NCBI GenBank assembly: GCA_029856145.1 | Contig: JAHQWK010000011.1 | Coordinates: 96,001 to 160,000, forward strand | DNA: 64,000 nucleotides | Direction: 5' to 3' | DNA from: Promethearchaeia archaeon | Lineage (GTDB): Archaea; Asgardarchaeota; Lokiarchaeia; Sigyniarchaeales; SOKP01 | In this document: positions 50,859-61,117 of the stretch, piece after piece | Numbering within the stretch: the first letter of the stretch is position 1 | Layout: every line of letters begins with the position of its first letter | Program-made: the position numbers and the translations under genes | The notes under the pieces: generated by a model | What the model saw: only the letters and a program-made list of their open reading frames with translations | Database searches by the model: none | What the model was told of the DNA's origin: nothing

Positions 50859-52699
50859 TTTTTCTTATATACCCCATGAGTTAGTTTTAATGCTTCTATT
50901 TCACTTAGTAGTTTATTTTTAAGACTTTCTAATTTATGAAAATCTTCATTACGTATAGAGCGATTTATTCTTAAAACTGTATTTATAACAGTAAGTTCCT
51001 TAATATCGTCAATATAAAATCCTTGTTTAAGAAGTTCTTTGCTTTCTTTATATATTAAAAGAATTATTTTAATCATTCCAAGTAATTTTGTGATACTTGT
51101 ATAACTATCAATGTCATCGAAAGCATTTTGAATTAAAAATCCATCTTTAATTAATTTAGCAATAAATATAGTTAATTGCTGATCTTCAGGTAAGTTTTCT
51201 ACCCCTATCAATTGAGTAATATACTTTAACTCATTATCTTTAGATAAGATCTCATTTACTTGTCTACGGCAATCAAACCAATCAATATCAATCTCCACCC
51301 AATCAAAATCTCTTTCATACCACCACTCAGAAATGTATTCTGGATAATTTGAATATGAATCTAACCAGTTAATTGCGGGATAATGTTTAGAATATGCTAA
51401 TCCGGCATCTAAAGCCCAAATACCTTGAACAAAGTTTTTAGTTGTAGCTGTAACAGGTTCACTAAAATCACCCGCAGGTGGAGAGACAGAACCAATAATT
51501 GTTAAAGAACCAATTCTTTCCTTTCCATCTAAATCAGTTCCTAATAATTCTACAATTCCAGCGCGTTCATAAAAGCTTGAAAGTCTGGAGGATAAGTATG
51601 CAGGATAACCCTCCTCTGCGGGCATTTCTTCTAATAATCCTGAAATTTCTCTTAAAGATTCAGCCCATCTTGATGTACTATCAGCTAGAACTGCAACATC
51701 GTATCCCATATCTCGAAAATATTCTGCGATAGTGACTCCTGAAAATATACTAGCTTCACGTGCAGAAACAGGCATATTTGATGTGTTTGCAATAAGAATT
51801 ATACGTTCTAATAAAGGGCGTCCAGTTTGGGGATCAATTAATTCAGAAAATTGGTTTAAGACATCAGCTATCTCATTTCCACGCTCCCCACAACCAACGT
51901 ATAGCACGACATCAGCATCACACCATTTCGCTAACGAATGTTGTATAACTGTTTTACCTGTTCCAAACCCTCCAGGAACCCCAATTGTACCACCCTTAGT
52001 TATTGGAAATAATAAATCTATAACTCGAATCCCCGTAATCAAAGGCTCTTGAGGCATATTTCTCCTCTTGAATGGCCTAGATTTAGTTACTGGCCATTTT
52101 TGTAGCATAGAAAACGATTTCTCTTTATTATTTATTTTTAAACGGTAAATTTCATCAATAATAGTATAATCCCCTTCCTCTACTAGAAATGACAATTCTC
52201 CAGAAATATTAGGAGGAACCATAATTTTATGCTCTATTAAAGCTGTTTCTTGCACTGTTCCTATTATATCCCCACTTGAAACTGTTTCCTTAAGTTTTCT
52301 CTGTGGAGCAAAATACCATTTCTTTTTTCGTGAAATTGGATTTATTTCTAGACCTCGTTGTAGTCCCCCTTCTTTAAAGGAATTAAAGGCTTTTTTTAAT
52401 GGTCTTTGGATTCCATCAAAAACATTACCCAATAATCCAGGTGCTAACTCCATAGAGAGTGGTTCATTTAAACTAATTACTTCATCATTAATTCTTAAAT
52501 TTACAGTACTTTCAAAACATTGAGCTACAATATGATCAGAATAAATTTGAATTACTTCTCCTAAAATATTATATTTTGTGACTTTAATCAGATCATGAAG
52601 TCTAATATGGCGTTCTAATCCTTTTATCTTTATTAAAGACCCCACTATTGTTGAAATGTATCCACGACTTTGATTATCTTTATATTTGGATTTGATCAT
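50855..52699 (-). CDS. atpA: A/V-type ATP synthase subunit A (canonical copy)
   Basis: [33 protein letters not shown]. Confidence 0.96.
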   Translation of the reverse strand: MIKSKYKDNQSRGYISTIVGSLIKIKGLERHIRLHDLIKVTKYNILGEVIQIYSDHIVAQCFESTVNLRINDEVISLNEPLSMELAPGLLGNVFDGIQRPLKKAFNSFKEGGLQRGLEINPISRKKKWYFAPQRKLKETVSSGDIIGTVQETALIEHKIMVPPNISGELSFLVEEGDYTIIDEIYRLKINNKEKSFSMLQKWPVTKSRPFKRRNMPQEPLITGIRVIDLLFPITKGGTIGVPGGFGTGKTVIQHSLAKWCDADVVLYVGCGERGNEIADVLNQFSELIDPQTGRPLLERIILIANTSNMPVSAREASIFSGVTIAEYFRDMGYDVAVLADSTSRWAESLREISGLLEEMPAEEGYPAYLSSRLSSFYERAGIVELLGTDLDGKERIGSLTIIGSVSPPAGDFSEPVTATTKNFVQGIWALDAGLAYSKHYPAINWLDSYSNYPEYISEWWYERDFDWVEIDIDWFDCRRQVNEILSKDNELKYITQLIGVENLPEDQQLTIFIAKLIKDGFLIQNAFDDIDSYTSITKLLGMIKIILLIYKESKELLKQGFYIDDIKELTVINTVLRINRSIRNEDFHKLESLKNKLLSEIEALKLTHGVYKKK

Positions 52700-53408
52700 A
52701 TTGCTTGAGATATTCTATTATTTTTGTTTTTTGATTTTGAATAAAAGTATTGAAATCTTTATCAATTTCCTTAATTTCTGAGTCATTTACAATCTTTGAG
52801 ACTTCTATTTGGATGAAAGAAGATTTTTTATTAATTAAGTTATCAATAGTATAATCATAGGATATTAATCCGCCACCCAATGAAATTTTAAAACCTCCAA
52901 TAAAATCCATATTTTCTTTGTTTATTTCGACGGGATTTTTGAATAAATTTTGAATTTTTTCTGAGTTTTGAAGAAAATAACTATAATCTTTTGAATTAAG
53001 GATTAATTCTATTGCTTGAGGTTTATCAACAGTTTTTTTAATTTTCTTAATAATCTTTAATAAGAACTTAATGTAATTTGAATAATTATTTTTTATATTT
53101 ACCTTAATATTATTAAATAGACTTGTTTTCAACTCTTTTATTAATTTATTTTTTAATTTCAAAAATTTTTCTTTTCCCTCTAAAAGTGTTGAAGATAAGG
53201 ATTGATTTAAGAACTGATCAAAATTTTCTGTAAATTGTTCTTTGAGTCTTAGGGAACGTTCTTGACTTCTTTCTATATACCTCTTTTTTATTTCAGCTTT
53301 CTGAAATAATGTTTGGCGATTAAATTCGTCTATTTCTTTTTGAGCTTTCTCAATTAAATAAAGCCCTAGATCCCCAAACTGTTTTTTTAACTCTTTTTCT
53401 TCAGAAAT
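52680..53408 (-). CDS. atpE: A/V-type ATP synthase subunit E (probable ATT start)
   Basis: C-terminal IGGFKI...SYDYTID. The frame stays open for 82 more codons upstream of TTG 53162, giving a coiled-coil N-terminus, as expected for subunit E. Confidence 0.8.
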   Translation of the reverse strand: MSEEKELKKQFGDLGLYLIEKAQKEIDEFNRQTLFQKAEIKKRYIERSQERSLRLKEQFTENFDQFLNQSLSSTLLEGKEKFLKLKNKLIKELKTSLFNNIKVNIKNNYSNYIKFLLKIIKKIKKTVDKPQAIELILNSKDYSYFLQNSEKIQNLFKNPVEINKENMDFIGGFKISLGGGLISYDYTIDNLINKKSSFIQIEVSKIVNDSEIKEIDKDFNTFIQNQKTKIIEYLKQYDQIQI

Positions 53409-53422
53409 TTTATATCAACTCC

Positions 53423-53746
53423 CTATGATATAACAACGTCTCCAATAGATTCTAATATTTTATTTATTACTTGTCCTTCTTCTTCAATGTGAGGATGGAA
53501 AATATCTGGAAGGATAAATATGAAGGGTATCCTATTATTAAGTTTAAAATTTATTATAAAATTTATAATATCGTCGGGTAAAGGTATTGCAATTATTATC
53601 ATGCCTATTGAAGGCCTTTTTATTAACTCTTTAAATTCGATCATAAAATCATCTCCAGAATTAATTATTGTGCCTTCTATACCTAAAAGACCTAACATTA
53701 CTACCAAATCTTCTTCTCCTAAAATATGAATTTTTTGATTGACCAT
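53423..53746 (-). CDS. atpF: A/V-type ATP synthase subunit F
   Basis: KIHILGEEDLVVMLGLLGI, IGMIII, PFIFILP. Confidence 0.9.
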   Translation of the reverse strand: MVNQKIHILGEEDLVVMLGLLGIEGTIINSGDDFMIEFKELIKRPSIGMIIIAIPLPDDIINFIINFKLNNRIPFIFILPDIFHPHIEEEGQVINKILESIGDVVIS

Positions 53747-54057
53747 TAGAAATCTAACCTTGCCTCAGATATAATTAATTTATTTAGATTTTGAATACTA
53801 TTCTGAAATTGCTTTTCAATTTTTTTAATTGCTATATCCATCTTATCCCTAAAGATTTTAGTTTCAGAGCCCACATCTTTTGAGAGTGTAATTAAGGCAT
53901 TATTTACAAGATCATTTTTCTTTCTTAGATAATCCTCAAATTCCTTTCTTTGGATCTCTCTGAACTGTTCTATATCATTTAAATTAACATTTTTCGCACT
54001 ATTTATTAATTCTTCATATACGTTTTCGATATCTTTTATCCATTTAAAAATATCCAT
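53746..54057 (-). CDS. A/V-type ATP synthase peripheral stalk subunit H/G-like
   Basis: 103-aa charged helix (IKDIENVYEELINSAK); position in the operon. Confidence 0.65.
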   Translation of the reverse strand: MDIFKWIKDIENVYEELINSAKNVNLNDIEQFREIQRKEFEDYLRKKNDLVNNALITLSKDVGSETKIFRDKMDIAIKKIEKQFQNSIQNLNKLIISEARLDF

Positions 54058-54102
54058 AGCTCAACAACCCGAATTATTGTCTCCTATTTTTACATTAATC
54101 TC

Positions 54103-55167
54103 TCATTTTAATAATTTGTATTTTTCATGCACAATTTTTACTAATTTTGGGAGAATGAATAAGCGAATTTCTTTATCTTTTTTTATTAGTATTTCCAAGA
54201 TTTTAAATATCGCTTGATATTCAATATCCACTTTCTTAGTTTCTAACATTTTAAAATAATAATCTAAATATATTTTCTCTACTGACCAAATAAAATGTTC
54301 TTCATCAAGAGAAGAATGAGATAAACTTGATTTTAGTTCTTTTATATTAGTTAGAAATTTTTTAAAAACTACTATAAATTCATCTACATCGTTTGAAAAC
54401 ACTAAATCCTTCAGTTTTTTCTCATTCATAAATAAATAAGTTTTAACCAAAAACTGTAATAAAAGATTTTTATCAATATTATTTTTAATCCCTCTATATA
54501 TAACATTCAAATTGTAAATTTCTGATACATAATTGATATAAGAAGAAATCATTGTTTTTTCTTTTTGAGTTAACAATCTCATCTCTTTTTTCAGATTTTC
54601 ATAATATAATTGGTCTAAAAAGGCTTCTAACACGAATATTTCATTTGTTTTTTTAAAATAAAGAATTCCTTCTCTAATTACCTTATTATATAGGGTAGGT
54701 TTCATAAACAGTTGTATTGTTTCTAGAGATGTAATTTCAATCAACTCTGTCATAAAATTTGCATTATTTAGGTATTTCTCGACTAACATATTAACCATAG
54801 AATTTTTTTCATCAGTACTTATACCTAAAATTGTACCAAGGATAATGTGTTTTATATTCATTATTTCATATTTCAATAAATAGTTCCTCAAAAAGATTCT
54901 CATAGTTTTTGGAGATATATAGAGAATTTTCCCTATTAATTTTATATAAGTGTGAAAAAGAGCTTTCTCAATATCTTCAATTGTATAAGATTTAAAAGTG
55001 AGTCCAGGATAAAATACGCTTATATATTCAATAAATTGTTTAATCTCAGTAATTTCTTCTAACTTTTGCAGTGTTGTGTCATCCATTATTAATTGTTTTA
55101 AAAAACCAATTTTGATTAAAGAAAAAGCGTAAGATGGTACTTCGATAGCACTCGTAAAATTCACCAA
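54103..55167 (-). CDS. atpC: A/V-type ATP synthase subunit C (d)
   Basis: YEIMNIKHII, EAFLDQLYY, EIYNLNVIYRG; 354 aa; operon context. Confidence 0.85.
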   Translation of the reverse strand: MVNFTSAIEVPSYAFSLIKIGFLKQLIMDDTTLQKLEEITEIKQFIEYISVFYPGLTFKSYTIEDIEKALFHTYIKLIGKILYISPKTMRIFLRNYLLKYEIMNIKHIILGTILGISTDEKNSMVNMLVEKYLNNANFMTELIEITSLETIQLFMKPTLYNKVIREGILYFKKTNEIFVLEAFLDQLYYENLKKEMRLLTQKEKTMISSYINYVSEIYNLNVIYRGIKNNIDKNLLLQFLVKTYLFMNEKKLKDLVFSNDVDEFIVVFKKFLTNIKELKSSLSHSSLDEEHFIWSVEKIYLDYYFKMLETKKVDIEYQAIFKILEILIKKDKEIRLFILPKLVKIVHEKYKLLK

Positions 55168-55195
55168 AAATATAATATTTATAAATTAATAACGG

Positions 55196-55564
55196 TTACG
55201 GAGGTGCTGGGATATTAAACACCAATAGGATTGCTATGATCAAGCCATAAATCGCAATCGCTTCTCCTAATGCAACAATAACTACTACCTTTCCAAATGC
55301 GCCCTCCCTTTCTGAGATTGCTGAAATTGCAGCAGTCCCTACGGTTTTTATAACATGAGCTGCAGCTAATCCTGAGATTGAGATCGCTATAGCAGCAGAA
55401 ATTGCTAATATAGCAGTCGTTGGAGAGTTATAATAGTCAAAATTTGTCTCTTGGGCGGTAACAAATCCTACAAGACCATTAATAGTTAAAAGAAATACCA
55501 TAACTAATATAACTTGAACAAGAGCAAGATAAAAATAAAATTTTTGTTTACCGTTCATATACAT
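55196..55564 (-). CDS. atpK: A/V-type ATP synthase proteolipid subunit K (c) with N-terminal hydrophobic extension
   Basis: VGTAAISAISE, VALGEAIAIYGLIIAILL (ion-binding Glu). Confidence 0.93.
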   Translation of the reverse strand: MYMNGKQKFYFYLALVQVILVMVFLLTINGLVGFVTAQETNFDYYNSPTTAILAISAAIAISISGLAAAHVIKTVGTAAISAISEREGAFGKVVVIVALGEAIAIYGLIIAILLVFNIPAPP

Positions 55565-55803
55565 TACATCTAAGTTTTTATTTAAAAAAATTATTCTTTT
55601 GAATGAGAATAATTAAAATTTGCGTATAAATCTTCTTATTCAAAACTGAGAGATTTAACAATTGATGAAAATATGTATATAATACAACTATTGAAGTATC
55701 ATAGATTATATACTATACTTTTTCTATTAATTTCAAGAAAATTGAAGGTTAATGATATATAATAAAAACAGAGACTAGTGACGGGGTAATTTACAGCCCC
55801 AAT

Positions 55804-56439
55804 TCACTGATAAAGTAAAACTCTTATGAGATCTGCAATATCGTGGATGCGGTCTGCAAGACTTTCCAGCAAATTTATACTATCTCTTAATCGTAAAAGG
55901 ACTCTTATATCAATATCTTCATTAGAATATAAATGTTCAAGAAATTGCCTGTATATTAGATCAATTTCATTTTCAATCTCATGAATCGTTGTGGTATTCT
56001 TAAATACAACATCTGGTTTATCTCTTAAGCCTTTTATAGTTGATTTTAATACATCAGCCATCTCAATAGTTTTATTGATCAATTTCTCGTATCTCTTGAC
56101 TATCTCTGGGTTATTTTTAGTATCCAGTTTAATGTTAGGCAACATATCTACAAATTCGAGAGGATAATTGATCAAATTATCCATTCGGAGGATTAAAGCA
56201 ACGAAATCGTCTAATCCGGCGCCCGATTCAGAAAAGTTTTGAATTAACTGAATTTTAATGGCATCTGCATCTTCTTCATTTAATTGCATTTTAATCTTTT
56301 TCTTTTCCAGTGAGGGTTTATGTTTTTCATAATCTTCAACCCATCTATTATAAAAAACCCCCATATCGCTGAGAACAGAATATATAATTCTGGAGTGTTC
56401 TATTAGTATTGATATGATTTCTTCCTTATTTTTATTCAT
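55804..56439 (-). CDS. DUF47 / PhoU-like phosphate transport regulator
   Basis: EEDADAIK, RMDNL, IHEIENEIDLIYR, LESLADRIHDIAD. Confidence 0.85.
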   Translation of the reverse strand: MNKNKEEIISILIEHSRIIYSVLSDMGVFYNRWVEDYEKHKPSLEKKKIKMQLNEEDADAIKIQLIQNFSESGAGLDDFVALILRMDNLINYPLEFVDMLPNIKLDTKNNPEIVKRYEKLINKTIEMADVLKSTIKGLRDKPDVVFKNTTTIHEIENEIDLIYRQFLEHLYSNEDIDIRVLLRLRDSINLLESLADRIHDIADLIRVLLYQ

Positions 56440-56571
56440 AAAAATCTCTTCAAATAATTTATTATAGTAAGGTTTGTAATCTCTGAAATGATATAAATTT
56501 TATGAATTACAGTAAACCTCCTTAAATTTATATAATACAAATTTATTTTATAGCATAAGAGAAAGAAAAAA

Positions 56572-57927
56572 ATGTTAATTTCAATGTTACAATTTAAGAT
56601 AAATGAATTTATTACCCTAAAACTTGAAGATAAGAAGACTAATCTTTATATAAATGGAGAATTGTTTGAGCAATGTTCATATATCTTACTAAATAAAAGA
56701 GCTGATAAATTAGAAGAGCTGCAAGCTATTGACTCTGTTGATGAATTAGCAGAATTATCTATAGATGAAATAGCGAAAACTCCTTCTCATATAAAAGAAG
56801 ATGATTTTGAAATAGAAATATTAGACATTCCTGCTCATGTGAGATTCTTAGTCCACTGCTCAAATCTACAAGCATGGGCAGAGAATAATTATGACACTCG
56901 ACTTCTTCATAGTAATCTTTCATTTCCTTTATTAAAAAAGCTTACTGAAGTCGGAGACACAAAAGCAAAACAAAAATTTAAAGAAGAAATAATTTTCCGA
57001 TTTTTTAATGGTACTAAAAATATCCAGAAATATCTACTACAAGAGGGATATATGAAGTTGATCACTATTGATGAGAAATATATCCTATTCAAATTAGAGG
57101 AAGAGGAAAATGTGATTAGAGAATTAGAAAGGTTAACTGGAAAAGAATTCAATATAGACAATGAAGAATTTCTTTATTATCAAAGTCTTGTATTAAAAGA
57201 GGGGAAAGTAAAGGAACTAAATCTAGTAAGGTGTAATATAACAGAAATACCTAGAATAATTAAAAGACTAAAAAACTTAGAAGTATTGAGGATTTATAGT
57301 AATCAATTGAGACAGCTTCCTGATTGGATTGGAGAGATAAGTTCTCTGAAAATTCTTAAGATACTTGAAGAACTAGAAGAATTACCTGATTCAATCGGAC
57401 ATCTAAAATCTCTAGAAATATTAGAATTGCATGACACTATGATCAAGACGCTACCTGAATCGTTTGGTAATCTCTATAAGCTTAGGAAATTAGACCTTAG
57501 TCATAATAAATTAAAAAATCTACCCGAATCATTTGGAAATTTAAAAGCACTTGAGCAATTGATTGTAGTTAATAATGAATTAGAAATTTTGCCAAAATCA
57601 TTTGGAAACCTTACTTCATTGAAAGAATTAGAGTTAAGTGAGAATAAACTGATAACACTTCCAGATTCTTTTGGATACTTAAAGTCTCTTAGGGTAGTCG
57701 ATCTATCTAATAATCAATTAAAGCAAATCCCAGAATTAATCGGAAATCTTAAATCAATAAAAACTATTACCTTGAACACAAATTTATTGGAATATATACC
57801 TAAATCAATAGGAAATCTTAAGACACTTATAAGCCTTGATTTAAGTAATAATAAGATAGCAAAACTCCCTTATTCTATTGGAGATCTAACTCTGAGGGAG
57901 TTTGAAGATAATTTGGAATATCTTTAA
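56572..57927 (+). CDS. Leucine-rich repeat protein with a conserved N-terminal domain typical of Lokiarchaeia
   Basis: About 10 LRRs of 23 aa (LPESFGNLxxLxxLDLSxNxL); N-terminal FKINEFITLKLE and HCSNLQAWAENNYDTRLLHSNLSFPLLKKL. Confidence 0.92.
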   Translation: MLISMLQFKINEFITLKLEDKKTNLYINGELFEQCSYILLNKRADKLEELQAIDSVDELAELSIDEIAKTPSHIKEDDFEIEILDIPAHVRFLVHCSNLQAWAENNYDTRLLHSNLSFPLLKKLTEVGDTKAKQKFKEEIIFRFFNGTKNIQKYLLQEGYMKLITIDEKYILFKLEEEENVIRELERLTGKEFNIDNEEFLYYQSLVLKEGKVKELNLVRCNITEIPRIIKRLKNLEVLRIYSNQLRQLPDWIGEISSLKILKILEELEELPDSIGHLKSLEILELHDTMIKTLPESFGNLYKLRKLDLSHNKLKNLPESFGNLKALEQLIVVNNELEILPKSFGNLTSLKELELSENKLITLPDSFGYLKSLRVVDLSNNQLKQIPELIGNLKSIKTITLNTNLLEYIPKSIGNLKTLISLDLSNNKIAKLPYSIGDLTLREFEDNLEYL

Positions 57928-58273
57928 TAGACAAATAGAAGATCTCTAAAGTACACATTTTTTTATTTAAATACGAGTGTGATTATTTAATATTAGGCAA
58001 GAATTTCATCATTAATTCAATAGAATAACTTTTTACTATGATAAGAAAACATGGGCCCTACTTACACCCTGGATTTTTGTCTTTTGGTAGTGTAAATTCT
58101 TACACTCTGATTTCGCCCTCCTCCACCTATTTTGTTTTGACGCTCATTTGCGTCTCGTACAGTAGGGACCCCCCTTTCTCCAAACTATTATTAATTTACA
58201 TATTGTCTAAATTTTTTATTTAACCACAGCTCTCATACATTTTATATAATGCTAAATCCATTTTATAAGCAGG

Positions 58274-58522
58274 ATGTCTCAAAAAAGTGACGCTGTAAAA
58301 CAAGCAAGAAGGGAGTTAATTCAACATACTCTGGATAAAATTTGTGGGACTCGTGATTTTTGGGAGCTTAAGAGGAGTACTTTTGTTGTACTCGCACATT
58401 TATAGCTCCACACTAAAGCAGAAAAAGAAGGACTGTTTGAATTAGATGAATGGGCGCACCCTCAGCTTAGAGAACGCCTTATTGAAATAATTGAGACCTT
58501 TCTCACTAAGCATATAAGATAA
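58274..58522 (+). pseudogene. 82-codon ORF interrupted by an in-frame TAG at 58403
   Basis: MSQKSDAVKQARRELIQHTLDKICGTRDFWELKRSTFVVLAHL*LHTKAEKEGLFELDEWAHPQLRERLIEIIETFLTKHIR; looks protein-like on both sides of the stop. Confidence 0.6.
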
Positions 58523-58725
58523 GGAGTTTGACTCCATGGTGAAAAACTGTTTTCTTCTATTGTAATAAACTTAAGGATTCATATGTCGCATTTTATATTC
58601 ATCACTCCAGAACAGTAATTATATTTAAATATCTTCTTCAATAACATCCTATACGAATCCAATTTTTACTTTTAAAAGGTAAAAAATGGATGAAATCTAA
58701 TTATAAATGTAAAAGATGAAAAAAT

Positions 58726-60216
58726 ATGAATAAAAAAAACAAATTTAGTTTAATAGGTCTAAGCCTTTTATTTATCATTGGATTTTCAACCAGTGGAATG
58801 GCATATTTCGATCCTGGTAGTGGGGGCGGTTCTCTTCTTCCTACTCCTGAACTTTATCAACCCACTTCCCCAGATTATGATGGTATTATTATATTAGAGT
58901 GGAGTGAAGTAAGTGGAGCTGATTATAAAATATACAGATGGAATTCACAGACTGGAATATATAAGCTTATAGCAGCAACAACGAATAGAGCGCGAACTTA
59001 TATAGATGCAATTCCTAATGGCACTTGGGCATATAAAGTCAAAGCATATAACCCTGATACGGGGCAACAGTCATTATGTTCTAACCCTAAATCAGTAGTT
59101 GTAGAGTTACCCGCACCAAAACCTTTAATAGGTTCAACCCAAAGATTCTTTCCTCAAGAACTAGATGCGAAATTAGGATTTACAATTTTGAGTATTGATA
59201 CCTATTATACTCCAACAATTGAGTTTAGTCTAATTAACACAATGGATCCTGATAAAACTATAGATATTAAAATATATGTTGATAATTCAGAAATCTATAA
59301 TGAAATGGGCATTATACTAACAAAAAATGACCTGTATCCATTTATAATCGATGCAAATGAACTCACAACTCCATTAACGCATCAGATAGTAATAGAACTT
59401 TCTCATGGTCAGAATATCAGATTAGAAGATCTATTTATTAACAATCTATGGTATATCGAAAACACACTTGATAATAATAAAAGATATACCCCCTTACAGA
59501 ATTGTATTTATAATGATTTACCAGATGATCCTGTTGTTGATCTTGAAGTCTTTGTTCCCTATACTGAGCCAGATGGGGAGGTAAATGATTATTTGGCTAC
59601 TTTTGGAACGTCTCTTTTAGTTAATATTGATCCTGATACTTATGACTTCACTAGAAGAGCTGGTGTACTACTCGAGATATGTACTTATTATATTCATGGA
59701 GTCTCTCTTCAATGGAGAGTTCTTTGTCCTGATGGAACTTATATGGATAATCAGAATTTAGGTATATTTTGTGATATTTCCACAAGTTATGAGGGAACGG
59801 ATTTTTATGAGCAAGTTAACCATGTTCTTAAACAGATAAGTAATATAATAAACCTTATCAATTTTCCCGAATATATAGAGGATCCATTAAATTGGGCAAT
59901 TAAATTTCTTACTTTTATGAACCCTGATGACCCAGTTATTTCTAAAGAAAGAATTGATAATGATAAATTCGTTGCATCGTGGCATGCAGGAGGATTCTTA
60001 GCGATTCCAAACCCAACACTAGAAAGTCTTAGTATGTATACTGGTTTTACAATTCAACTACCTAATCCAAAAATTCTAGGTTCTTATCAAATGGAAATAA
60101 CATGGATGATTGATATTGATCTTCTAGTATATCTATCCGGTTATCCAGCTGCTACTTCTCATGAAGACGCATATGAAGTATCATCAACCTATTATCTGAA
60201 CTTTGAGTATGTTTAA
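58726..60216 (+). CDS. Secreted/surface protein with fibronectin type III domain
   Basis: Signal peptide MNKKNKF...TSGMA|YFDPGSGGG; FN3 pattern IILEWSEVSGADYKIYR...YIDA..NGTWAYKVKAYN...SNPKSV. Confidence 0.8.
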   Translation: MNKKNKFSLIGLSLLFIIGFSTSGMAYFDPGSGGGSLLPTPELYQPTSPDYDGIIILEWSEVSGADYKIYRWNSQTGIYKLIAATTNRARTYIDAIPNGTWAYKVKAYNPDTGQQSLCSNPKSVVVELPAPKPLIGSTQRFFPQELDAKLGFTILSIDTYYTPTIEFSLINTMDPDKTIDIKIYVDNSEIYNEMGIILTKNDLYPFIIDANELTTPLTHQIVIELSHGQNIRLEDLFINNLWYIENTLDNNKRYTPLQNCIYNDLPDDPVVDLEVFVPYTEPDGEVNDYLATFGTSLLVNIDPDTYDFTRRAGVLLEICTYYIHGVSLQWRVLCPDGTYMDNQNLGIFCDISTSYEGTDFYEQVNHVLKQISNIINLINFPEYIEDPLNWAIKFLTFMNPDDPVISKERIDNDKFVASWHAGGFLAIPNPTLESLSMYTGFTIQLPNPKILGSYQMEITWMIDIDLLVYLSGYPAATSHEDAYEVSSTYYLNFEYV

Positions 60217-60682
60217 CAGATTTTAGTAAAATTTAATCTTCTAAAAACTTTTTTTTATTTTTTATACATATTATATCTATTATTGGTTTTCTATAATTCT
60301 AATCCGATGGATATAAGTTCCGCTTCTTCGTCTTTAACTCAGAACGTAGAATAAAATACACTTTGATAACCATGCTCTTTTGATTCTAATAAGATATATC
60401 CTGTCCCAACTATATTTATTAGAAAACTCTCTGAGATATAACTACGCAAATAAATGTTAGTGGCTTTACTCATTTAATTATTAAACCACAAGAGAGTATG
60501 AATTTTGAGATTATAATATTTTTGGATGAATCCCATAGAGCATAGCTTTTAGGAACATCTCATAAAAATCTTCATCCAAACTTCTGTCTTTTTCTTTACT
60601 CTCTTTATGGTCTTCTTTTACAGATTTTGTAATTATTTAATACACCCTAACATAATTTTTTATGCACATATATATTGTAGAA

Positions 60683-61111
60683 TTAATTCTCAGGAGGATC
60701 CTTTCTTTTAAAATATTTAACAATATCAAAGTTGAGGAATTTTTGAGGTTGGTTAGTTGATACCTGTAAATCTTTAAAATTCATTAACGGATGGGACACT
60801 CGTAAATAGAGTATAGTAGAACTATCTTCTCCACTCCGCAGAGCAAATAAATAGTAATCGATATTATCATGGCTATTAAAGATCTCAGTTGCATTTCCAA
60901 ACACAAGCTCAATTCTCTCCTCCTCTTGAATTTTCTCACGTTTCTCAGCTTTCTCATCTGTTAAGCCTAATGCTTCAAGGACTTTTTGGAGCACCCCAGC
61001 TGACTTTACTAGACTGACAAATCCTTCTACTTTATATTTTTTGACTATTTTCTTTTTCACTTTTTCAGTTGCATAAGCATCAGTTGCATAAATGCAATAT
61101 TCGGATTCCAT
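60683..61111 (-). CDS. Hypothetical protein, possibly an N-terminally truncated fragment
   Basis: 142-aa ORF; only 6 bp from the divergent ORF, so no room for a promoter. Confidence 0.5.
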   Translation of the reverse strand: MESEYCIYATDAYATEKVKKKIVKKYKVEGFVSLVKSAGVLQKVLEALGLTDEKAEKREKIQEEERIELVFGNATEIFNSHDNIDYYLFALRSGEDSSTILYLRVSHPLMNFKDLQVSTNQPQKFLNFDIVKYFKRKDPPEN

Positions 61112-61117
61112 TTTGAG

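Noticed and set aside
55778-55806. GC-rich hairpin right after the TGA stop of the DUF47 gene (possible SECIS or selenocysteine readthrough)
   Set aside because: The protein is complete at the TGA, no SECIS core is recognisable, and the downstream frame is not protein-like. A simple 3' stem-loop is more likely.
57880-57950. Possible frameshift extending the LRR protein (alternative frame SLKIIWNIFNRQIEDL)
   Set aside because: It adds only a few residues and cannot be supported without homologues.
58038-58223. 61-aa ORF
   Set aside because: No recognisable features; it overlaps the inverted-repeat patch, which looks non-coding.
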